From Chloroflexota bacterium (GTDB lineage Bacteria; Chloroflexota; UBA11872; VXOZ01), in contig CAXXVD010000002.1 of assembly GCA_963662335.2 (NCBI GenBank), forward strand, positions 736,001 to 800,000: DNA of 64,000 nucleotides, given 5' to 3'. This document shows, piece by piece, positions 57,031 through 64,000 of the stretch. The position numbers and the translations under genes were made by a program. Each line of letters begins with the position of its first letter. Position 1 is the stretch's first letter. Below the pieces are notes generated by a model. That model saw only the letters and a list, made by a program, of their open reading frames with translations. It was not told the origin of the DNA and did no database searches.

Positions 57031-59283
57031 TTACTTGAATCGCTGGCCGATGTATTCTAAGGCCATCTTGAGCGGTAGTTCAGTTGTAGAAGGGCCGGTA
57101 CGAACGTAGAACCGTTCGTCGTTGCCATCCGTTACGTAAACAGGGGCCCGGGATGCCTCGCAGCGAACGACCAAGACACGCCCCCCTTCGAAGTCGTCAA
57201 AATTGGCGTGCATGAACGCCCAGACACTCGCTCCCATTCTCTCATTCACGATGTTGACCAGATGCAGACCCATGCGGTCCTCATTTGAAAAGCCGTCATC
57301 CTTCAAGCCAAGAGGCGAGCCGTCGTCAGCGACGCCAATGAGCAGCGTGCCGCCGCTCTTGTTTAGGAACCCGGCTAAAGTCTTGAGCGCCGACAGTTCA
57401 ATTCGGCTATCCCGCTTGCCTGTGTGGAGATTGACGCGGAGCGTCGACTTGAATTCGACTAAGTCGGATTCCCCGCCTGCTATCAGACTCTCCAGGTCGA
57501 TTGCATCAGTCTCGTCCTCAACGCCTATCGGTGTTGCAAGTTGCTGATACCCTTCTCGCATTATTTGCGCGATCAACTCCCGGCGTTTTCCTAAGAAAGC
57601 CCAATAATCCATGCTTTCCCAGCCGTCGGGCAGCCCATGGCGCACGTACATGTGTGCTAACGCCTCTTCGCAGAATCGTTCCCGCATAGGCGGCAGGTAC
57701 TCCTGCGGGGATTGAGCGGACATCCTTGCGTTATCCGTCCACTCCACGTAAGCATAATTGGCAATCTGATTGACGTCTCTTGTCGCTGTTATGCCGTTTT
57801 GCGCCAGATGGCCCCTTGGAAACAGATGGTGTCGCTCTATACTTCTGTGGCCGCCCCGCCAAGCAGGATCCAGCATTTCCGATATAGAAAATTCGGAGAA
57901 GAGAACTGGAGCATCCAGCAGGACCAGTGAAGCTTCGAACGCAAAGAGCGATGGACTGCGGGCAGAAGAGGTCGCGAGTTCACTTGGCAGCGTCACTTCC
58001 CAGAAGTCAGTGGTAAGTGTCACGTTGCATGTTTGATGAAGCTTGGCTGCGAACTCGTCAGCCGACTTAACTCCCCGCAACATTGCCAGATCGGACTCCA
58101 TCCGAGACTCCGGTGAGCCTGTGTAGCGGCCGGTCACGGCGGACATGAAGAACCACTGGGCGATGACCTGCCGGAGCGCGTGTTCTTCCATGCCAAGTTC
58201 TGTTTTACCAATCAAGTAAAGGATGTACGAATAGAGTAGCGCGGTCTGAGAGCTTATCATTCGGCGCGAACGGTAGCCGGCCCTTCTCAGACAGTGCATG
58301 AAGTCGTGCCAGTTCTGCAGGTTCAGCACTTTCGATTGGGCGTCTCTCAGCCGCTCGAACTGGTCGTCCCGCCGCTCTTCGCTGAACTCTCCAGATTCCA
58401 AGTCCTTCCCGCGCAATATCGAGTACACGTGTTCCAGCCTGGCTCGTTTGAATGCCAGCCCTACCCCCACACGAAGCATCTGATCAGGAGAGGGTTCAAT
58501 GAAGTGATTGTGCGGCGACGGCTCGCCGGTTGTTGGCGTACGGGCCTCTCTGCAGAAGCGTTCTAACTCAGTTCTCCCCTCATCCCAAAAGACTGACATA
58601 AGCGTGAGGATAAAGTCCGCCTGGTTGAGCGTCTTGCCCTGGCTATTGATCCTGACAAAGACTTCCGCAACCGCTTCCTCCGACGTTTCAGCGGATAGTT
58701 GGAGTGCGGTGAAGGGAAACCCGACCAGGCCTTGGAGCTTCGTGATGGCCGCTCGGATCGACCTGACCTCTTGGCTGGACAGTTCCCGCGCGGAGCGAAG
58801 CCCACTGAGATAGTCGTCTGCAACCTGGAACAGATCGGTCTCGTCGCTCCATAGCCGTGAAATGTCCGGGATGAATGACCTGTCGCGTTCAATCGCAGCG
58901 CTGGTCACCTCGAACACCTCTTCCATGGGGTTGAAGGCGATGCGGATGCGCTCGCTTCGGTAATTACTGCGAACGACGGTGGCTCCTTTGATTACGGCGA
59001 AGAGTGAGGTCAATCTCTGCTGACCATCGACGATGACCAAGCTAGGCGCGAGTTGTTTGGCATCCGAACCGATTGCCCTGTGCCCGGAGAGCAGCCCGTT
59101 TTGCCAGAAGAGCAGATACCCCACCGGATATCCCCGGTACATGGAGTCGAATAAGTCGCGGACTTTCGTGTTAGGCCAGACGAACGGCCGCTGAATGTCC
59201 GGCAGCCCAATCTGTCCCATGTCGATGTCATTGACGAGCTTCTCTAATGGAAATGTCACTTGTGCGAAGGCCGTCTTGCTCAT
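57031..59283 (-). CDS. GmrSD-like DUF262 + HNH(DUF1524-like) protein fused to a C-terminal Schlafen/AlbA_2 domain
   Basis: PDIQRPFVW, VDGQQRLTSL, FVRINSQG (DUF262); ERHHLFPR...NQIANY...DN (HNH-like); GESDLVEFKSTLR...AGFLNKSGGTLLIGVADDG...FYVRTGPST (AlbA_2); start at ATG 59283. Confidence 0.85.
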   Translation of the reverse strand: MSKTAFAQVTFPLEKLVNDIDMGQIGLPDIQRPFVWPNTKVRDLFDSMYRGYPVGYLLFWQNGLLSGHRAIGSDAKQLAPSLVIVDGQQRLTSLFAVIKGATVVRSNYRSERIRIAFNPMEEVFEVTSAAIERDRSFIPDISRLWSDETDLFQVADDYLSGLRSARELSSQEVRSIRAAITKLQGLVGFPFTALQLSAETSEEAVAEVFVRINSQGKTLNQADFILTLMSVFWDEGRTELERFCREARTPTTGEPSPHNHFIEPSPDQMLRVGVGLAFKRARLEHVYSILRGKDLESGEFSEERRDDQFERLRDAQSKVLNLQNWHDFMHCLRRAGYRSRRMISSQTALLYSYILYLIGKTELGMEEHALRQVIAQWFFMSAVTGRYTGSPESRMESDLAMLRGVKSADEFAAKLHQTCNVTLTTDFWEVTLPSELATSSARSPSLFAFEASLVLLDAPVLFSEFSISEMLDPAWRGGHRSIERHHLFPRGHLAQNGITATRDVNQIANYAYVEWTDNARMSAQSPQEYLPPMRERFCEEALAHMYVRHGLPDGWESMDYWAFLGKRRELIAQIMREGYQQLATPIGVEDETDAIDLESLIAGGESDLVEFKSTLRVNLHTGKRDSRIELSALKTLAGFLNKSGGTLLIGVADDGSPLGLKDDGFSNEDRMGLHLVNIVNERMGASVWAFMHANFDDFEGGRVLVVRCEASRAPVYVTDGNDERFYVRTGPSTTELPLKMALEYIGQRFK

Positions 59284-59595
59284 TGCAATTGCTCTCCGTG
59301 GCTTGCAGGACAATGATAGTCAAGGAAGTCGCAAGCACGCATGGGCCTTTCACCCGCCAATCCAAGCACTTGATGCCTGCCCATTCTCGTGACCTTCCTG
59401 CTTGCTCAATCCTATGTACGGGTACTTTGGCAGTCCTGGGATCCACTCCGGGAACTGAAACCAAAGCGGCGTGCACCCCGCAGTGAAATCCAGGTACTAT
59501 TGCCACGCACACTCCAGACTACTCGCTTGCGCGCGGCCTGGTCTAGCAGCGTTGCGTGACCTTGCAAAGACTCATGTCGAGCGGCAATCGAACTC

Positions 59596-60621
59596 CTATT
59601 TGGCCGGTATGTTCACCCACTCGCCGCTCTCAGCCGCGGCTTTGGCGTGCAGGGTCACCGCCATGGTGCGCAGCACCTCGTCGGCGCCGGCGTAGGGTTC
59701 GCGCTCGGCGGTCAGGGCTTCCAGGAAGTCGCTGCTGGGCGTGTGGCTCAGGGGCGGGACATCCAGGTCGAACGGTTCCTTGTCGTTCAGCACCACGCGC
59801 ACGCCGCCCTGCTTGTTGGGGCCGGAGGGTTCCAGGGTGCCGGCGGTGGCGATTTCGGCGGTACCCTGCGTGCCGGTCAGGTAGACCCGGTAGTCGCCGT
59901 GATAGGGCGCGGCGTCGGGCGTGAGCCAGTCGGCCACCACCAGGCCTTTCATGCCGCCGTCGAACTCCAGCAGAGCGTGGGCGTGGTCGTAGAGTTGCGG
60001 CAGTTCGGGAAAGCGCGTATTGCCCTGGGCGGCGGCCACGCGCACCGGCTCCTGGCCGGAGAACCAGCGCAGCGAATCGAAGTAGTGCACGCCCAGGTCT
60101 ACCAGCACGCCGCCGTTCTGCGCCGCGTCCAGTTCCCAGAGATTGCGCGTGTGGGGGCGCAGCTTGTGGGGGCCGAAGCCGTACACGTGCACGATTTCGC
60201 CAAAGTCGCCCGCGTCCACGCGCTCTTTCAAGGCCCGGTGCGGCGCGGAGTAACGCTGGCTGAGCATCATGCCCAGGCGCGCCCGGCCCAGGGCGTGGGC
60301 CGCCCGCACCTGCTCGAGCTGCGCCATCTCGGTGAGCAGCGGCTTGTCGGCAATGACGTGGATGCCGCGCTCCAGGCAGGCGATGAGCGCCAGGTACTTG
60401 GTGGCGTTCGTGCGGGCCACGCCGACGACGTCCGGCCGCTCCTTGTCGAGCAATTCGTCGAAGTCCGCATAGACCGGCACGCTGTGCTCGGCGGAAATTC
60501 TGGCGCGAACCGTTGGCTCGTCTTCCGCGATGCCGACGAGGGTGGTTGACGGGTTATCCGCCACGGCCCCCACGAATTCGCTGATGTGCCCGTGCCTCAT
60601 GCCCATTACCGCTGCGCGCAT
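59596..60621 (-). CDS. Gfo/Idh/MocA family oxidoreductase
   Basis: AAVMGMRHGH, GIHVIADKPL, GGVLVDLGVHYFD; AAGGAG RBS before ATG 60621. Confidence 0.88.
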   Translation of the reverse strand: MRAAVMGMRHGHISEFVGAVADNPSTTLVGIAEDEPTVRARISAEHSVPVYADFDELLDKERPDVVGVARTNATKYLALIACLERGIHVIADKPLLTEMAQLEQVRAAHALGRARLGMMLSQRYSAPHRALKERVDAGDFGEIVHVYGFGPHKLRPHTRNLWELDAAQNGGVLVDLGVHYFDSLRWFSGQEPVRVAAAQGNTRFPELPQLYDHAHALLEFDGGMKGLVVADWLTPDAAPYHGDYRVYLTGTQGTAEIATAGTLEPSGPNKQGGVRVVLNDKEPFDLDVPPLSHTPSSDFLEALTAEREPYAGADEVLRTMAVTLHAKAAAESGEWVNIPAK

Positions 60622-60712
60622 GATTGTGGTTTCTCCTTTGGTTCTGTGATTCTCACGGTTCGATTGTACGCATTCTTGGATGGGTGCGTTCGCCCGCCCG
60701 CATCCGCAAGAG

Positions 60713-60855
60713 GCGGGGGACAAGCCCCCGCGCTACGGGTATGACCTTCCCTTAGTTCCCGGGCCTGGCGGCGAGTCGGTTACCCACCCGATTTACTGAT
60801 TCTTCTCCGGTAGCGCAGGCCCTTCGACAAGCTCAGGACAGGTTTGCAACCTGCG
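60713..60855. repeat. REP A plus REP H interrupted by a 23-bp insert of another family
   Basis: GCGGGGGACAAGCCCCCGCGCTAC (60713-60736); GTAGCG-CAGG-CCCTTCGACAAGCTCAGGA-CAGG-TTTGCAACCTGCG. Confidence 0.8.
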
Positions 60856-60868
60856 GCCTGCGTCTATT

Positions 60869-62056
60869 CTACTGTGCCGCATCGCCCTTTGCAGCGGACA
60901 CGCCTGCCAGTACCTGCTCCGGCTCCAGCTTCTCCATGCACTCCACCGTGCCGAAGCGGCAGGTGGCCGGTTGGCCGGTTTCCGGCCGGTAGCAGGGACT
61001 GCAGAAGATGGGGTGGCGGCGCACGGCGTCCGGCTGGCCGTGCGGGCCGTAGCGCACCCAGCTTGTAGGGCCGTAGAGGCCGACCACGCGCGTGCCCAGC
61101 GCCGCGGCCAGGTGCAGCGGGCCGCTATCGCTGCCGACCATGAGCGCGCAGTGGGCGAGCACGGCGGCCAGTTGGCCCAGCGTGGTCGCGCCGGTGAGTA
61201 CGAGCGGCGACTCCGCGCAGCGCGCGGCGATTTCGCCTGCCGCGCCGGCTTCGTCCGGCCCGCCGACCAGCACGGCGCGATAGCCGGTCCGCTGGAGTTG
61301 GTCGATGAGCGCGACCCAGTGGCGCCGCGGCCACAGCTTGGCATAGCCGTTGCGCGCGCCGTGACCGCAGGCCACCCAAAGCGTCTCCGGTTTGGCCGCC
61401 GCCGCAAACGTTTCTTGCGCCCAGGCGCGGTCGTCCGCGCTCACCCAGGCTTCCATGCGGTCGGGCGTGGCGGCGGCCCCGGCCGCTTGCGCCACCGCCA
61501 GGGCGCAATGCGCCTCATGGCGGTCCTGCGGCAGGCGGCTGCCGGCCGCGTGGAGCGTGAAGGCGCCTATTGGCGCTTCGCCGGCGAAGCCCGCCCGCTG
61601 CGGCGCGCCGGTCAATAGGCCAAGCGTAGCCGCGGGCGCGCCGTAGAGACTCAGGCTGAGGTCGTACCGCTGCGCGCGCAGGGTTTGGATGAGCCGCCAG
61701 ACCCGCCGCCACCGCTTTAGCGAGAGAAAGCCGGGCAGATGGGTCAGCGCGTCCGCGTCGAGCGTATAGACGTGATCGACGTACGGGCATTCGGCCAGCA
61801 GCGGCGCGGTGTTGGGCGTCACCAGCGCGTCCAGGCGGGCCTCGGGAAACCGCCGCCGGGTGTTGCGGACGGCCGGGATAGAGAAGAGGAGATCGCCGAT
61901 GAGATCGAGGCGGATTATGAGGATTCTTTCGACAGCTTCCGGGCTATAGAGTTGCCGCCCGCGCCGGAGTCGGGCAACCAAGGCCAGGGCGGCGCAGAAG
62001 AGCCACAAGACGACTCCGGCGGCGCGGCGCGCGATGCGCTTGAGTGCGGAAATCAT
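60869..62056 (-). CDS. Glycosyltransferase family 9 (heptosyltransferase-like)
   Basis: ILIIRLDLIGDLL, AKLWP, GATTL, GSDSGPLHLAAALG..VVGLYGPT; start at ATG 62056 (ATGA overlap). Confidence 0.9.
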   Translation of the reverse strand: MISALKRIARRAAGVVLWLFCAALALVARLRRGRQLYSPEAVERILIIRLDLIGDLLFSIPAVRNTRRRFPEARLDALVTPNTAPLLAECPYVDHVYTLDADALTHLPGFLSLKRWRRVWRLIQTLRAQRYDLSLSLYGAPAATLGLLTGAPQRAGFAGEAPIGAFTLHAAGSRLPQDRHEAHCALAVAQAAGAAATPDRMEAWVSADDRAWAQETFAAAAKPETLWVACGHGARNGYAKLWPRRHWVALIDQLQRTGYRAVLVGGPDEAGAAGEIAARCAESPLVLTGATTLGQLAAVLAHCALMVGSDSGPLHLAAALGTRVVGLYGPTSWVRYGPHGQPDAVRRHPIFCSPCYRPETGQPATCRFGTVECMEKLEPEQVLAGVSAAKGDAAQ

Positions 62057-63297
62057 GCGGTGGCGCTCGCTAGCGTGTTTTCCAGCAATGCCCGGGCCTC
62101 CTCGATGGCGGCGGCCGGCGCGATAAACTGCATGCATGGGTGGCGCGGCAAATCCGCCTCCGGCAGCGCCAGGTACCCGCAGTGGCGGCACGGGATCGAA
62201 GAGACTACCGTGCGGTGCCGCGCGGCAGGCCCCCACGGCCCAAAACGCGCGGGATCGCTGGCGCCGTAGAGTGTAACGCTGGGCGTGCCCACCGCCACCG
62301 CCAGGTGCAGCGGGCCGGAATCGGGTCCCATCACCAGCGCGCAGCGGGCGTAGAGCGCCGCCAACACGCCGAGAGTGGTATCACCGGCCAGGCGGGTGCG
62401 CGCCTGCGGCAGGCCGGCGGCGACTTCCTGCGCGAGTTGCTGTTCGGCAGGCCCGGCGGTTACGAGAAAGTACACGTGCTCACTCTGTGCTAAGGCTTTG
62501 CCTACCGTGTGCCAGCCGGCGGCGGGCCAGTTCTTGATCGGCGCGCCGGAGCCGGGGTGAATGGCGACGAGCGCGCTTTCGGCGGGTATGCCAATGTTCT
62601 GAAGCAGCGCTTCGGCCTGGGCCTCCTCATCGCGGGTGTAGTCGAAGCGCAGGCGCGTGCTTACGTCCTCGACCTCCACGCCAACCGCCGCCGCGGCCCG
62701 CGCCAAGCGCAGGTTGCTCGCCGCCTGATGCTCGCCGCGCCGCTCCGGCAGCGCGTGGCTCAGGAACGGCGCGCATTCCGGTACGTCAAATCCCCAAACG
62801 TACGGAATCCCGCCGAAGGCTGCCAGCGCCGCGCCCCACCAGAAGTCGGGACGCAGGTTCAGGGCAAGCTGATACTCTTCACCGCGCAGCCGCGCCGCTT
62901 CCCGCCACAACTGCCGGTAGGCCCGCGCGCCCGCTTGCGGCTGATTACGCTCGAAACCGGGAAAGCGGCAGGTCTCAATGCGGTCTATATACGGATTGTG
63001 CGCCAGCGCCGCCGCCGACCACGGCCCGACCAGCGCAGTTATTTCACTCTCCGGAAAGGCCTGGCGCAAGAGCCGCAGCGCGGGCGTGATGAGCAGCACG
63101 TCGCCTATGTGGTCGGGGCGAATAACCAGAATGCGGTCAACGTGGGGCGTAGGAAACCGGTACGGCCGCAGGAAGCCCAGCGCTCGCAAGAGCGCGCGCC
63201 GCGCTAACCGCCTGGCGGCAGACTGGCGAGGCAACAGCGTGCTAGGCAACGGATGAGGAACGGCGCGCGGCGCTTCCGAACGGTCTTCCCTAGCCAT
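62053..63297 (-). CDS. Glycosyltransferase family 9 (heptosyltransferase-like)
   Basis: ILVIRPDHIGDVLL, IHPGSG..KNWP, GPDSGPLHLAVAVG..LYG. Confidence 0.9.
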   Translation of the reverse strand: MAREDRSEAPRAVPHPLPSTLLPRQSAARRLARRALLRALGFLRPYRFPTPHVDRILVIRPDHIGDVLLITPALRLLRQAFPESEITALVGPWSAAALAHNPYIDRIETCRFPGFERNQPQAGARAYRQLWREAARLRGEEYQLALNLRPDFWWGAALAAFGGIPYVWGFDVPECAPFLSHALPERRGEHQAASNLRLARAAAAVGVEVEDVSTRLRFDYTRDEEAQAEALLQNIGIPAESALVAIHPGSGAPIKNWPAAGWHTVGKALAQSEHVYFLVTAGPAEQQLAQEVAAGLPQARTRLAGDTTLGVLAALYARCALVMGPDSGPLHLAVAVGTPSVTLYGASDPARFGPWGPAARHRTVVSSIPCRHCGYLALPEADLPRHPCMQFIAPAAAIEEARALLENTLASATA

Positions 63298-63310
63298 GAC
63301 TTAGCCTCTG

Positions 63311-63937
63311 TCACAGCGCCTGCAGGAATCTTTTCAGCGGATCATAGACCGGCGATTCTAGGCACCAGTGCCCGGCTTCAGTTGCTTCTCCAACGCGTAG
63401 CTCAGGTTTAGATCGGGAAGCCAAGAAGGCATACGCCCGTGCCTTGTCAGAAATGCAATGTGACACTCCTGCGGTCTCTTTTAAGCATTGCACGTATTGC
63501 TTCACACACTGTATGGCAGGATCACACGCTACTGCCGAAAGACAAAGCGTCTCGAGTGTCCCTGGACTCGCGCAGTCCGGCAGGACATAGACCCCAACTC
63601 GCGGCCTGCCCTGCGTCACAACCATTGGAGCATTCGGTGCGCCCAAGCCAGCATTCTTAAGCAAGCCGCGTACCGACTGAAATGCCTGTGATGAAGATTT
63701 GTCCGCGTCGCGCGTAACCCCAATTGATTCTAAAGTAGGGTACTCCGGCCTGACAGGCAACGCACGCAAAACTCTCTTGAGGTTGCCTATTCCCTTGAAA
63801 TTGGCGACTTGAACGGGATCTGAAGTGTCCAACTCATCAAGGAGAAATCGAAAGAATCGATACTCACTCTCTCCTTCCACCAAAAGCAACTTTGGCAGTA
63901 CGATTTCGATATGGTCTTCGCTACCTTGTACGGACAT
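63311..63937 (-). CDS. DUF3226-like TOPRIM-fold protein
   Basis: LLLVEGESE, IGVTRDAD (DxD), PDC..PGTLETLC, KARAYAFLA; lower GC. Confidence 0.7.
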   Translation of the reverse strand: MSVQGSEDHIEIVLPKLLLVEGESEYRFFRFLLDELDTSDPVQVANFKGIGNLKRVLRALPVRPEYPTLESIGVTRDADKSSSQAFQSVRGLLKNAGLGAPNAPMVVTQGRPRVGVYVLPDCASPGTLETLCLSAVACDPAIQCVKQYVQCLKETAGVSHCISDKARAYAFLASRSKPELRVGEATEAGHWCLESPVYDPLKRFLQAL

Positions 63938-63942
63938 TGCCA

Positions 63943-64000
63943 CTAGCGCACCTCGAAGTTGAATTCTATGGAAGTTTCCAGTTGCTCTTGGTCGTATGTT
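63943..64000 (-). CDS. 3' end of a probable AAA/ABC-type ATPase, partner of the DUF3226 gene (partial)
   Basis: Reads ...TYDQEQLETSIEFNFEVR*; a C-terminal EVR right before a DUF3226 gene matches my recollection of these ATPases; only 18 codons visible. Confidence 0.5.
   Translation of the reverse strand, partial: TYDQEQLETSIEFNFEVR

Noticed and set aside
59284-59595. Small ORFs or ncRNA upstream of the GmrSD-Schlafen gene
   Set aside because: No motif, RBS or convincing structure recognised

Overview
High-GC bacterial chromosome segment. Gene content (PBP1A with C-terminal Ig-like extension, Tat-lipoprotein sugar-binding protein, MoxR-DUF58-VWA operon, many orphan catabolic enzymes) suggests Chloroflexota; this is an inference. 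Bases 1-50.8 kb are mostly housekeeping and catabolic genes: thiG, AICARFT-only purH, PBP1A, two SSS symporters around dgt, pepA, clpC, comF, a moxR operon, acs, rlpA and an Opp/Dpp ABC transporter. Intergenic spaces hold at least seven families of GTAG/CGTC-type REP palindromes. Two different ~160-bp MITE-like elements each carry a REP doublet and are inserted into other REPs with ~11-12-bp target duplications. Bases 50.9-64 kb hold three lower-GC defence-like loci. The best candidate for an undescribed system is a tightly coupled four-gene operon (50929-55748): PP-loop/PAPS-reductase-like Cys-rich enzyme, SF2 helicase, MORC-type GHKL ATPase and PLD (HKD) nuclease, with no DNA methyltransferase. 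The other two loci are a GmrSD(DUF262/HNH)-Schlafen(AlbA_2) fusion and an ATPase plus DUF3226/TOPRIM-like pair cut by the window edge. No rRNA, tRNA, CRISPR array, integrase or transposase was recognised. All family assignments are by eye from motifs; no searches were run.
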